A stretch of DNA of 64,000 bases from Fidelibacterota bacterium (GTDB lineage Bacteria; Fidelibacterota; Marinisomatia; Marinisomatales; TCS55): NCBI GenBank assembly GCA_027251445.1, contig JAPNQO010000053.1, positions 1 to 64,000 on the forward strand, in the 5' to 3' direction. The notes under the pieces were generated by a model. It had not been told where the DNA came from and did not search any database. It saw only the letters and a program-made list of their open reading frames with translations. Position numbers and translations under genes: made by a program. This document shows, piece after piece, positions 1 through 9,500 of the stretch (the first letter of the stretch is position 1; each line of letters begins with the position of its first letter).

Positions 1-1
1 A

Positions 2-220
2 CATGGTGGTTTCAAGATAGAACAAGCGGATTTCTTTTTCAAAGGAGATCAAGTAATAGTTGCTGGTGGTCCATTAAAAGGTTTAGAAGGAATAGTTCAA
101 GATATTAAAGGTAAAAATAAATTAATAATAAAAATTGAAGCAATTAAGCAAGCATTCTCTATTGAGATTAGTTCAGGGCTGCTTAAATCAAAAAAGAAAA
201 ATGCCACTTCAATTTTATAA
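2..220 (+). CDS. 3' end of a NusG-paralog (UpxY/RfaH-like) antiterminator, KOW domain; 5'-truncated by the window edge
   Basis: Hand translation of frame +2: ...FFKGDQVIVAGGPLKGLEGIVQDIKGKNKLIIKIEAIKQAFSIEI...*, a KOW motif; stop TAA at 218-220. Confidence 0.75.
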   Translation, partial: HGGFKIEQADFFFKGDQVIVAGGPLKGLEGIVQDIKGKNKLIIKIEAIKQAFSIEISSGLLKSKKKNATSIL

Positions 221-1598
221 TACCATAAAACGTAAGAAGGATAAATTTGATCCTATCTCTAAAGAAATGGTAAAAATTTATACTTGTGGACCTACGGTAT
301 ATGATATAGCGCATATAGGAAACTTTCGAACTTTTCTTTTCGAAGATTTATTAAAAAGATATTTGCTTTTTAAAGGTTACAATGTTTATCATGTAATGAA
401 CATTACTGATGTTGATGACAAAACAATAAAACGTGCAAAAAAGAACAAAAAAAATTTTAATAAATTAACATCAAAATACGCAGATCTTTTTATGAAAGAT
501 CTTGAATTCCTTAATATTTTACCAGCAGATGTGTACCCTAAAGCGACAGATCATATAGATGAAATGATTTCTATGATAAGTAAGCTTGAAAAAAATGGGA
601 TTGCATATAGATCTAAGGATAGTTCTGTTTATTTTCGATTATCTAAAGATAAAGATTATGGAAGGCTTGCGAAACTTAATCTTTCTGATTTAAAAACCAC
701 TGACAGAATCATTAGCGATGAATATTCTAAGGATGATCCTCAGGACTTTTCTTTGTGGAAATCTTGGGATGCAGATGATGGTGATATATATTGGGACTCA
801 CCTTGGGGGCGTGGACGTCCAGGATGGCATATTGAGTGCTCAGCAATGTCAATAAAATATTTAGGAGAACATTTCGATATTCATTGTGGTGGGGTTGATA
901 ATATTTTTCCTCATCACGAGAACGAACTAGCTCAATCTTTATCAGCTACAGATAAATCATTTGTTAATTATTGGATGCACTCTGAGCATCTACAAGTAAA
1001 AGATAAAAAAATGAGTAAACAAGAGGGTAATTTTTTCACGATTACTGATTTAATTTCAGAAGGGTTTTTAGCAGAAGAGATTCGTTTTGTTATGCTAAGC
1101 GCTCACTATAGAACAAAATTAACATTTTCAATTGATCAATGTCTTGAATCTAGAACGGCTATTCAACGTATTTCAGCTTTGTATAATAGATTAAAAAAAA
1201 TCCCTAATCGAGGTTCATCTAAATTAAAGCTTCCCTCTGAAAGAAAAGATTTTATAGCAGCCATGGATAATGATTTAGATGCGCCAAAAGCCCTAGCTAT
1301 ATTATTTACATGGATAAGATTAATGAATAAAAAACTTGATCATAATGGTGACAAGAATATGAATATTCAAGAAATAAATGGATCAATTGAGTTTTTAAAC
1401 CAAGTAGATAGTATTTTTGGAATTTTACTTAAAGAAGATTTTATTCCTAAAGAAGTGCAAAGTTTGATAGTAGATAGAGAAAAATATCGCAAAATAGGAG
1501 ATTGGGCTTTAGCAGATCAAGTACGTGACAAAATTTATGACTTAGGGTGGATTATAGAAGATGGTTCTGATGGTTCTCATGTGAAGCCAAAGAAATAA
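201..1598 (+). CDS. cysS: Cysteine--tRNA ligase
   Basis: YTCGPTVY, HIGN, GRPGWHIECS, FPHHENE, KMSK motifs; ATG at 201 (MPLQFYNT) fits family start better than TTG at 135. Confidence 0.97.
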   Translation: MPLQFYNTIKRKKDKFDPISKEMVKIYTCGPTVYDIAHIGNFRTFLFEDLLKRYLLFKGYNVYHVMNITDVDDKTIKRAKKNKKNFNKLTSKYADLFMKDLEFLNILPADVYPKATDHIDEMISMISKLEKNGIAYRSKDSSVYFRLSKDKDYGRLAKLNLSDLKTTDRIISDEYSKDDPQDFSLWKSWDADDGDIYWDSPWGRGRPGWHIECSAMSIKYLGEHFDIHCGGVDNIFPHHENELAQSLSATDKSFVNYWMHSEHLQVKDKKMSKQEGNFFTITDLISEGFLAEEIRFVMLSAHYRTKLTFSIDQCLESRTAIQRISALYNRLKKIPNRGSSKLKLPSERKDFIAAMDNDLDAPKALAILFTWIRLMNKKLDHNGDKNMNIQEINGSIEFLNQVDSIFGILLKEDFIPKEVQSLIVDREKYRKIGDWALADQVRDKIYDLGWIIEDGSDGSHVKPKK

Positions 1599-1673
1599 TT
1601 TTTCTCTTACTCTTTATAATATTTATCATTTTCACGTTAAAAATAAAAAAATTGGTTTTATATAGATAAATGC

Positions 1674-1702
1674 TTGGCCTTTAATTTTCTTTTTTCTATA
1701 TT
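1674..1702 (+). promoter_or_regulatory. Putative sigma70-type promoter for the tRNA/tuf supercluster
   Basis: TTGGCC-17 nt-TATATT upstream of the tRNA cluster. Confidence 0.5.
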
Positions 1703-1709
1703 TCGAGGC

Positions 1710-1764
1710 TGTTCTCACATCGTTATTAATGACGATGTGGCATAGGATTATGCGGGTGAGAGTA
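1710..1764 (+). promoter_or_regulatory. Candidate structured RNA leader
   Basis: Two adjacent hairpins (1716-1739, 1740-1753) enclosed by a stem (1710-1716 with 1758-1764). Confidence 0.45.
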
Positions 1765-1792
1765 TTAATAAATAAAAAAAACATTTATTATT

Positions 1793-1865
1793 GCCGGTGT
1801 AGCTCAGCTGGTAGAGCTTCTGATTTGTAATCAGATGGTCGGGGGTTCGAGTCCCTTCGCCGGCT
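1793..1865 (+). tRNA. tRNA-Thr(TGT)
   Basis: Cloverleaf, anticodon arm TCTGA-TTTGTAA-TCAGA, GTTCGA T-loop. Confidence 0.95.
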
Positions 1866-1904
1866 CAGTTTTTGAGTTCTTTTACAATTTGAAACACGTC
1901 TGTT

Positions 1905-1987
1905 GGGGAGATGGCCGAGTGGTTAATGGCAGCAGACTGTAAATCTGCCGGCGTATGCCTACGGAGGTTCGAATCCTTCTCTCCCCA
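1905..1987 (+). tRNA. tRNA-Tyr(GTA)
   Basis: GGGGAGA/TCTCCCC acceptor stem, GCAGA-CTGTAAA-TCTGC, long variable arm. Confidence 0.95.
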
Positions 1988-1994
1988 CTGTTAC

Positions 1995-2065
1995 GCGGGT
2001 GTAGTTCAATGGTAGAACACCAGCCTTCCAAGCTGGTTACGTGAGTTCGATTCTCATCACCCGCT
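1995..2065 (+). tRNA. tRNA-Gly(TCC)
   Basis: GCGGGTG/CACCCGC acceptor stem, CCAGC-CTTCCAA-GCTGG. Confidence 0.95.
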
Positions 2066-2074
2066 CAAGTGATC

Positions 2075-2147
<73 letters not shown>

Positions 2148-2167
2148 CTATAAAAAAGATTTATTGA

Positions 2168-3391
2168 TAATTTAATTAAGGAGAATAAAGATTATGTCTA
2201 AAGCAAAATTTGAACGTACCAAACCCCATGTCAACATTGGCACAATAGGTCATGTTGATCATGGTAAAACAACTTTAACTGCTGCGATTACGCAGACTCA
2301 GAGTGCTCGTGGTTTAAGTGAAGTACGCTCATTTGATAGTATTGATAACGCTCCTGAAGAACGTGAACGTGGTATTACTATTCAAACAGCTCATGTAGAG
2401 TATGAAACAGAGAATCGACATTATGCTCATGTTGATTGTCCTGGACACGCTGACTATATCAAAAATATGATAACTGGAGCTGCACAAATGGATGGTGGAA
2501 TATTAGTTGTAAGCGCAGCTGATGGTCCGATGCCGCAGACTCGTGAGCATGTGTTGTTAGCGCGCCAGGTTAATGTTCCAAGTATTGTAGTTTTTATGAA
2601 TAAGACGGATCAAGTAGATGATCCAGAGCTAGTGGAATTAGTAGAGATGGAATTACGTGATTTACTTAATGAATATGATTTTCCAGGTGATGATACTCCA
2701 ATTGTCAAAGGAAGTGCTTTAGAGGCATTAAATAGTCCTAGCGATGAGAATGCTACAAAATGTATTACAGAGTTAATGGAAGCATGTGATTCATTTATTC
2801 CAGAGCCAAAACGTGATGTGGATCGTCCTTTCCTAATGCCTGTAGAGGATGTTTTTAGTATCACTGGTCGTGGAACGGTAGGTACAGGTCGTATTGAAAG
2901 AGGAATTATAAATGTTGGTGATGAAGTTGATATTATTGGCATGGATGCTGATACTAAATCAGTAGTTACTGGCGTAGAGATGTTTCGTAAAATCCTTGAT
3001 CAGGGACAAGCTGGAGACAACGCAGGATTGCTACTTCGAGGTGTGGATAAAGAAGATCTAAAGCGTGGACAGGTTGTAGTAAAGCCAGGCAGTATTACAC
3101 CTCATACAAAATTTAAAGCTAATGTGTATGTATTAAAGAAAGATGAAGGTGGTCGTCATACTCCATTTTTTAATGGGTATCGCCCACAGTTTTATTTTCG
3201 TACAACGGATGTTACTGGTGTAGTGACATTACCTGAGGGTACAGAAATGGTAATGCCGGGAGATAATGTCGAGATGGATGTAGATTTAATAACGAGCATA
3301 GCAATGGATAAGGAGCTACGTTTTGCAATACGTGAAGGTGGACGGACAGTTGGTGCTGGTGTAGTTACAGAAATAAAGGAATAGAATGGCT
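2168..3391 (+). repeat. Copy 1 of a 1224-bp direct repeat (tuf plus flanks)
   Basis: Matches 17615-18838; no difference found by eye and the proteins are identical. Confidence 0.9.
2194..3384 (+). CDS. tuf: Elongation factor Tu (copy 1)
   Basis: [13 protein letters not shown], NKxD motifs; AAGGAG SD. Confidence 0.99.
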   Translation: MSKAKFERTKPHVNIGTIGHVDHGKTTLTAAITQTQSARGLSEVRSFDSIDNAPEERERGITIQTAHVEYETENRHYAHVDCPGHADYIKNMITGAAQMDGGILVVSAADGPMPQTREHVLLARQVNVPSIVVFMNKTDQVDDPELVELVEMELRDLLNEYDFPGDDTPIVKGSALEALNSPSDENATKCITELMEACDSFIPEPKRDVDRPFLMPVEDVFSITGRGTVGTGRIERGIINVGDEVDIIGMDADTKSVVTGVEMFRKILDQGQAGDNAGLLLRGVDKEDLKRGQVVVKPGSITPHTKFKANVYVLKKDEGGRHTPFFNGYRPQFYFRTTDVTGVVTLPEGTEMVMPGDNVEMDVDLITSIAMDKELRFAIREGGRTVGAGVVTEIKE

Positions 3392-3550
3392 GGAAACAGT
3401 AAAAGAGCTATTATTCAACTAGAGAGTACTGCTGGTACTGGATACAGGTATGTTTTTACAAAAAGTAAGAGATTGCATCCTGATCGTGTTGAATATAAAA
3501 AATACGATCCAATAGTTCGTAAACATGTCATATTTAAAGAATCAAAATAA
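3386..3550 (+). CDS. rpmG: 50S ribosomal protein L33, zinc-free form; not in ORF track
   Basis: [62 protein letters not shown] signature. Confidence 0.95.
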   Translation: MAGNSKRAIIQLESTAGTGYRYVFTKSKRLHPDRVEYKKYDPIVRKHVIFKESK

Positions 3551-3590
3551 CTCTATTGTGAGATATTTAAATAGTTTACAAAAATCTAAT

Positions 3591-3664
3591 AGGAGTGTAG
3601 CTCAATTAGGTAGAGCACCGGTCTCCAAAACCGGGGGTTGCAGGTTCGATTCCTGTCACTCCTG
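3591..3664 (+). tRNA. tRNA-Trp(CCA)
   Basis: AGGAGTG/CACTCCT acceptor stem, CCGGT-CTCCAAA-ACCGG; canonical position before secE. Confidence 0.95.
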
Positions 3665-3695
3665 CTAGCATTGTTTAGCTTTATGAAAGAACTGA

Positions 3696-3878
3696 ATGAT
3701 TAGAAAGCTTAAATCTTTTATTTCAGATGTGGATTTTGAAATGAAAAAAGTTTCATGGCCTACATGGGATGAATTAAGAGGTTCTACTTATGTAGTTATT
3801 ACTTTAACAATTATTCTAGGGTTATATTTGTTTTTTGCAGATCTTTTACTCTCCAAAATATTGAGCGTGTTATTATGA
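3696..3878 (+). CDS. secE: Preprotein translocase SecE
   Basis: EMKKVSWP motif plus one TM helix; upstream of nusG. Confidence 0.95.
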   Translation: MIRKLKSFISDVDFEMKKVSWPTWDELRGSTYVVITLTIILGLYLFFADLLLSKILSVLL

Positions 3879-4402
3879 TGGATTGGTATTCTCTAAGAGT
3901 TATATCTGGAAAAGAAAAGAAAATTCGAGATTCTTTATTGTACGAAGTTGATCGAGAAGGTTATGGTTCTAAAATTGATCAAGTATTTGTTCCATCTGAA
4001 AATATCATTGAGATGAGAGATGGTAAAAAAAAGGTGAAAAACAAAGTTTTTTTCCCTGGATATTTATTAATTAAAATGGATATGGATAAAGAGGTTAAAT
4101 ATCTAATTGAAAATCTAACTGGCGTAATGAGCTTTGTTGGTCCTCAAGGTACTCCGCAAACACTCAAGCATGAAGAAGTTAACCGAATACTTGGCGTTGT
4201 TGAAGGATCAAAGGATAAAGAAATAGTTAAATCACTATTTAAAGTAGGCGATCATGTTAAGGTTACTGATGGTCCTTTTATGGAATTTTCCGGTTTTGTT
4301 AAAGAGGTGAATGATGAAAAACAGAAACTAAAAGTATCGGTTAGTATTTTTGGTAGACCTACACCTGTTGAGCTAGATTATTTACAGGTAGAAAAAGAAT
4401 AA
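3875..4402 (+). CDS. nusG: Transcription termination/antitermination factor NusG
   Basis: WY..SGKE, FPGY, KOW (GDHVKVTDGPF), IFGRPTPVEL. Confidence 0.97.
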   Translation: MMDWYSLRVISGKEKKIRDSLLYEVDREGYGSKIDQVFVPSENIIEMRDGKKKVKNKVFFPGYLLIKMDMDKEVKYLIENLTGVMSFVGPQGTPQTLKHEEVNRILGVVEGSKDKEIVKSLFKVGDHVKVTDGPFMEFSGFVKEVNDEKQKLKVSVSIFGRPTPVELDYLQVEKE

Positions 4403-4408
4403 GTAATT

Positions 4409-4834
4409 ATGCCCCCTAAAAAAGAAATAGGATTTATAAAATTACAAATACCTGCTGGACAAGCAAATCCTGCTCCTCCAGTGGGTCCAGCTTTAGGGCA
4501 GCATGGTGTTAATATTATGGACTTTTGTAAGGCATTTAATGAAAAAACAAAAGAGCAGATGGGTGTTATCATACCCGTAGAGATTACTGTGTTTGCTGAT
4601 CGTAGTTTTACCTTTATTATTAAAACACCGCCTGCTGCGATATTGCTTAAAAAAGCTGCTGGCCTTGATAAAGGATCTGGTGAGCCAAATAGAGATAAAG
4701 TTGGAACGGTGAGTGAAAATGATCTCGCTCAAATTGCCGAAACAAAAATGGCAGATTTAAATGCTAATACTATTGAAAAAGCAAAAGAAATGATACGCGG
4801 GACTGCAAGAAGTATGGGTATTGAGGTAGAATAA
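4409..4834 (+). CDS. rplK: 50S ribosomal protein L11
   Basis: [22 protein letters not shown]. Confidence 0.98.
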   Translation: MPPKKEIGFIKLQIPAGQANPAPPVGPALGQHGVNIMDFCKAFNEKTKEQMGVIIPVEITVFADRSFTFIIKTPPAAILLKKAAGLDKGSGEPNRDKVGTVSENDLAQIAETKMADLNANTIEKAKEMIRGTARSMGIEVE

Positions 4835-4838
4835 TTAT

Positions 4839-5531
4839 ATGTCATTAAGTAAAAATAGAAAATTAGTATTAGAGAAATATGATAGAGATAAAGATTATTC
4901 ATTAGATGATGCGATTGGGTTAATAAAGGATATGAAGTTTTCTAAATTCGATGAGTCTGTTGATATAGCTTTAAATATGGGTGTTGATCCTCGACACGCT
5001 GATCAAAATATTCGAATAACTACAAGCTTACCAAGTGGGACTGGAAGTGAAGTAATTATTTTAGTTTTGGCTCGTGGTCCGAAAGAAAAGGAGGCCAAAG
5101 AGGCTGGTGCGGATTTTGTTGGCAATGATGATTTTATAGAAAAATTAAAAAATGGATGGAGTGATATTGATAAGATTATAGCGACTCCAGATATGATGCC
5201 AGTTCTAGGTAAGTTAGGAAAGGTCTTAGGTCCTAAAGGTTTAATGCCAAACCCCAAGAGCGGCACAGTTACTATGGATGTTGCAAAGGCAATAAGTGAA
5301 CTTAAAGCTGGGCGCGTAGAATTGAGAGTAGAAAAAAATGGAATTATACATTCTAGCTTTGGAAAAATTTCGTTTGAAAAGAAAGATCTTGTTGAAAATG
5401 TAAAAATGATCTATGGGTCATTAATGAAAGCTAGGCCGGCATCTGCAAAAGGACAGTTTATAAAAAAAGTAACATTATCGTCATCTATGGGTCCAGGTGT
5501 AAAGGTTGATTTAAGCTCTATTAATATATAA
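4839..5531 (+). CDS. rplA: 50S ribosomal protein L1
   Basis: KFDESVD, LGPKGLMPNPKSGT, SSMGPG. Confidence 0.98.
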   Translation: MSLSKNRKLVLEKYDRDKDYSLDDAIGLIKDMKFSKFDESVDIALNMGVDPRHADQNIRITTSLPSGTGSEVIILVLARGPKEKEAKEAGADFVGNDDFIEKLKNGWSDIDKIIATPDMMPVLGKLGKVLGPKGLMPNPKSGTVTMDVAKAISELKAGRVELRVEKNGIIHSSFGKISFEKKDLVENVKMIYGSLMKARPASAKGQFIKKVTLSSSMGPGVKVDLSSINI

Positions 5532-5535
5532 AATT

Positions 5536-6054
5536 ATGCCAAATCAAAAAAATATAGAGGAAGTAAAGTATTTAACTGAAAAGCTTGAAAGTGCAAGCGC
5601 AGTATATTTTACCGATTATTTAGGGCTTGATGTAGAAAATATTACTAAGCTAAGGTCGGAGTTTTTTCAATCTTCAGTTGAATTTAAGGTTACTAAAAAT
5701 ACCCTATTGAAGTTAGCTGCTAGTAATCTGAAAATTAAAGGTCTAGATGATTATTTAGTTGGGTCTACTGCTATTGCTATTTCATTTGATGAGCCAACTT
5801 CACCAGCTAAAGTATTAAAAAGTTTTACGAAAGATCATGACAAGCCAGAAGTAAAAGCAATATTGTTTGATGGTGAGGTTTTAGAAGGTATCGAGTATAA
5901 GAAATTTGCAAATCTTCCATCAAAGAATGAACTTTTAGCTAAGTTTGTAATTATGCTAAATAGTCCAATGACTATTTTAGCTCGTACATTGAGTTCTCCA
6001 ATGGGAAGTTTTGTTAATGTATTGAATAGTTTAAAAAATGAAAAATCTGAATAA
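5536..6054 (+). CDS. rplJ: 50S ribosomal protein L10
   Basis: DYLGL, KNTL, LPSK motifs; synteny. Confidence 0.95.
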   Translation: MPNQKNIEEVKYLTEKLESASAVYFTDYLGLDVENITKLRSEFFQSSVEFKVTKNTLLKLAASNLKIKGLDDYLVGSTAIAISFDEPTSPAKVLKSFTKDHDKPEVKAILFDGEVLEGIEYKKFANLPSKNELLAKFVIMLNSPMTILARTLSSPMGSFVNVLNSLKNEKSE

Positions 6055-6077
6055 TATAAAGTCAAGGAGTATTAATA

Positions 6078-6461
6078 ATGGCTGAAACTAAAAGAGCGGA
6101 TGTGTTATCATACTTAGAATCTGCAAATATGGTTGAAATATCAGAGCTTATTTCTGAAATTGAAGAAAAGTTCGGTGTTACTGCCGCTGCGCCTGTTGCA
6201 GTTGCTGCTGCTGGACCTGCAGATCAAGGAGATGGTGGGTCAGAAGAGAAGACTGAGTTTGATGTTATCTTATCAAGCGCTGGTCAATCAAAAATAAATG
6301 TTATTAAGGCCGTAAGAGCGATCACTAGTCTAGGATTAAAAGAGGCAAAAGAACTTGTTGATTCTGCGCCAAAACCTATTAAAGAAGGTGTCCCGCAGGC
6401 TGAGGCTGATGAAATAAAAGCACAGCTTGAAGAAGCTGGCGCAGATGTTGAGCTAAAGTAG
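6078..6461 (+). CDS. rplL: 50S ribosomal protein L7/L12
   Basis: [28 protein letters not shown]. Confidence 0.98.
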   Translation: MAETKRADVLSYLESANMVEISELISEIEEKFGVTAAAPVAVAAAGPADQGDGGSEEKTEFDVILSSAGQSKINVIKAVRAITSLGLKEAKELVDSAPKPIKEGVPQAEADEIKAQLEEAGADVELK

Positions 6462-6532
6462 TCTTTAGTTATAACTATATTTTTGTTAAGAAAAATAATT
6501 AAAAGTTTATAGGAACTAATTAGGAGGTCTCC

Positions 6533-9500
6533 TTGGGATACGTGCATAAAAATAAATTAAATAGAACATCGTTCTCTAAAATACCATCTTTAGTAGAAAT
6601 GCCTGATTTTCTTTCATTGCAAAAAGATTCCTTTGAAAGATTTTTACAACTTGGGGCTGTCGAAGATGAGCGTGAATATATGGGTTTAGAAGGTGTTTTT
6701 CAGGATGTTTTTCCGTTAGAAGATTCTCATAGGAATTATATTCTTGAGTATAATAATTATTTCTTGGGTCTTCCTAAGTATTCTCCTGATGAATGTATTG
6801 ATCGTGGAGTAACTTATTCAGTTCCATTAAAAGTAAGGTTAACGCTTAATATAACTGATGAAGAGAACAAAAATGAATTTGCTCAAAGTATCCAACAAGA
6901 TGTATACTTTGGAAATATTCCTTCGATGACTGAAAAAGGTACTTTTGTTATTAATGGAGCAGAACGGGTTATAGTTTCTCAATTACATAGAAGTCCTGGG
7001 GTTTTCTTTGATGAGGCTTTACACCCTAACGGAGCTAAGCTATTTCAAGCTAGAATAATTCCTTTTAGAGGTTCTTGGTTAGATTTTACAACTGATATAA
7101 ATGATGCTTTATTTGCAATAATTGATAGAAGGCGAAAATTTCCTGTAACAATGTTGCTTAGAGCTCTTGGATTTTCTACAAATAAAGATATTTTTAATGC
7201 TTTTGGATGTATAAAAGAAATTTCTTTAAAATCAAAAAAAGGATTAGATGATCACTATGGAATGACTGTTGTTAGTGATATTATCGATGAAAAAACAGGT
7301 GAAATATTTTATGAAGGCGGCACTATTCTTGATGAAAATTCAGTTGATGTTTTACGTGATAATAAAATCTACGATCTGCAAGTTATTGATGCAAATCGTG
7401 ATTTTTCATCTATGCTTTTAATGAATACCATTGAGAAAGATCCTACTAGAAGTACAGAGGAAGCATTGGGTGTCGTTTATCAATTAATTAGATCTGGTGA
7501 ACCACCTAATTTAGAAACAGCTCAAAAGTTTATAGAGAGACAATTTTTTAGCCCAAAAAAATATGATTTAGGTCAGGTTGGAAGGTATAGGTTAAATCAG
7601 CAGTTTGATTTAGATGTTCCCGTTGATGACACTGTTTTAACGATGGATGATATTGTTTGCGTAATCGAGTTCCTAATAGATATGAGAAAAGGTGAAAGAG
7701 GGTCAGATGATATAGATCATTTAGGTAATAGAAGAGTTAAAACTGTAGGTGAATTATTGACTAATCAATTTAATGTAGCTCTTAGTAGAATGTTGAGAAC
7801 AATATATGAAAGAATGAACTTAAGAGAGTCAGAATCTATTACACCTCAAGATCTAATCAATTCTAGAGTAGTAACTACAGTTATAAACACTTTTTTTGGC
7901 ACTAGCCAGCTATCGCAGTTTGGAGATCAAACTAATCCATTAGCTGAAATTACTCATAAGCGACGTATTTCTGCCCTTGGCCCTGGTGGTCTTACTAGAG
8001 AGAGGGCCGGGTTTGAAGTCAGAGACGTTCATTATACCCATTATGGCAGATTATGTCCAATTGAAACGCCTGAGGGTCCTAATATTGGATTAATTTCATC
8101 GTTGGCTCTTCATGCTAGAATAAATAAACATGGGTTTATAGAGGCTCCATATAGAGTGTTAAATAAGAAAGGAAAAAGTTCTTTTGCTACAGAATCTGTA
8201 AACTATTTATCCGCAGATGATGAAGATAGGTATATGATTGCTCAATCTGATTCTAGGATGGATAAGGCTGGTAAATTATTAGATAGCTCTGTTCGAGCTA
8301 GAATTAGAGGTGATTTCCCAGTAGTTGATTCTAGCGAACTTGAATTTATGGACGTTTCACCTAATCAAATTTTAAGTGTCGCAGCGGCTTTGATTCCTTT
8401 TCTAGAACATGATGATGCAAATAGGGCTCTTATGGGTTCAAATATGCAACGACAGTCTGTCCCTCTAATGAATCCAACTGCACCTATTGTTGGTACAGGT
8501 ATTGAACGAAAGGTTGCAGTAGATTCTTATTCTGCATTGACTTCTCCAGTTGATGGTAAGGTGGCGTATATTGACTCGGGTAAAATATCAATAAAATCTA
8601 GTGATCTACCTGATGATCTAACTTTATCTTCTGGCTCTAATCTTGTAGAGCTACCTTTGAAAAAGTACTGGAGAACAAACCAAAACTCTAGTCATAATCA
8701 ACGTCCTTTGGTGAAACTTGGTGAAAAAGTGAATAAGGGAGATGTAATAGCGGATGGAGCGTCATGCAATAAAGGTGAGTTAGCTTTAGGAAATAATGTA
8801 AGGGTTGCGTTCATGCCGTGGAGAGGTTATAACTTTGAGGATGCAATCGTTCTAAGTGAACGCCTTGTTACTGATGATGTTTTTACAAGCTTACATATCA
8901 ATGAGATTGACCTTGAAGTGCGCGATACAAAGCGTGGTGAAGAAGAGCTAACAGCTGAAATACCAAATGTCAGTGAAGATGCTACTAGAGAATTGGATGA
9001 AAATGGTATTATTAGAGTAGGGGCAAAAGTACAAGAAGGTGATATACTTATTGGTAAGGTTTCTCCTAAAGGTGAGACCGACCCTACCCCTGAAGAAAAG
9101 CTTTTAAAGGCCATTTTTGGAGAAAAAGCTGGTGAAGTAAAAGATTCTTCTCGTAGAGCTGATCCTGGAGTTCAGGGTGTAGTATTAAATACAAAGTTAT
9201 TCCAAAAAAGAGCCCGAATGTCAAGGATAGAATTAAAAAAATCAATTCAAGAATTACAAATTGAATCGAGAAAAACTAAAGAAGGCTTAAAAGAATCTCG
9301 GGATAGTAAACTTCTTGCGTTATTAAAGAATCAAATATCTGGCGGAATCCGGGATATGTCTAATGGTAGAACATTGATTAAAAAGTCGACGAAGCTGACA
9401 GAAAAAAGACTTAAATCATTTGATATGGAAAGATTTGCGCAAGACACAAAGTGGATAGAAGATAGTAGTGTGTGGAAAGATATAAAAACAGTTTGGAGAA

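Noticed and set aside
135..200. Apparent N-terminal extension of CysRS
   Set aside because: This stretch is the 3' end of the upstream KOW gene; family similarity starts at ATG 201.
2610..2942. 110-aa antisense ORF in tuf, repeated at 18057-18389
   Set aside because: Shadow ORF of a conserved gene; it recurs only because tuf is duplicated.
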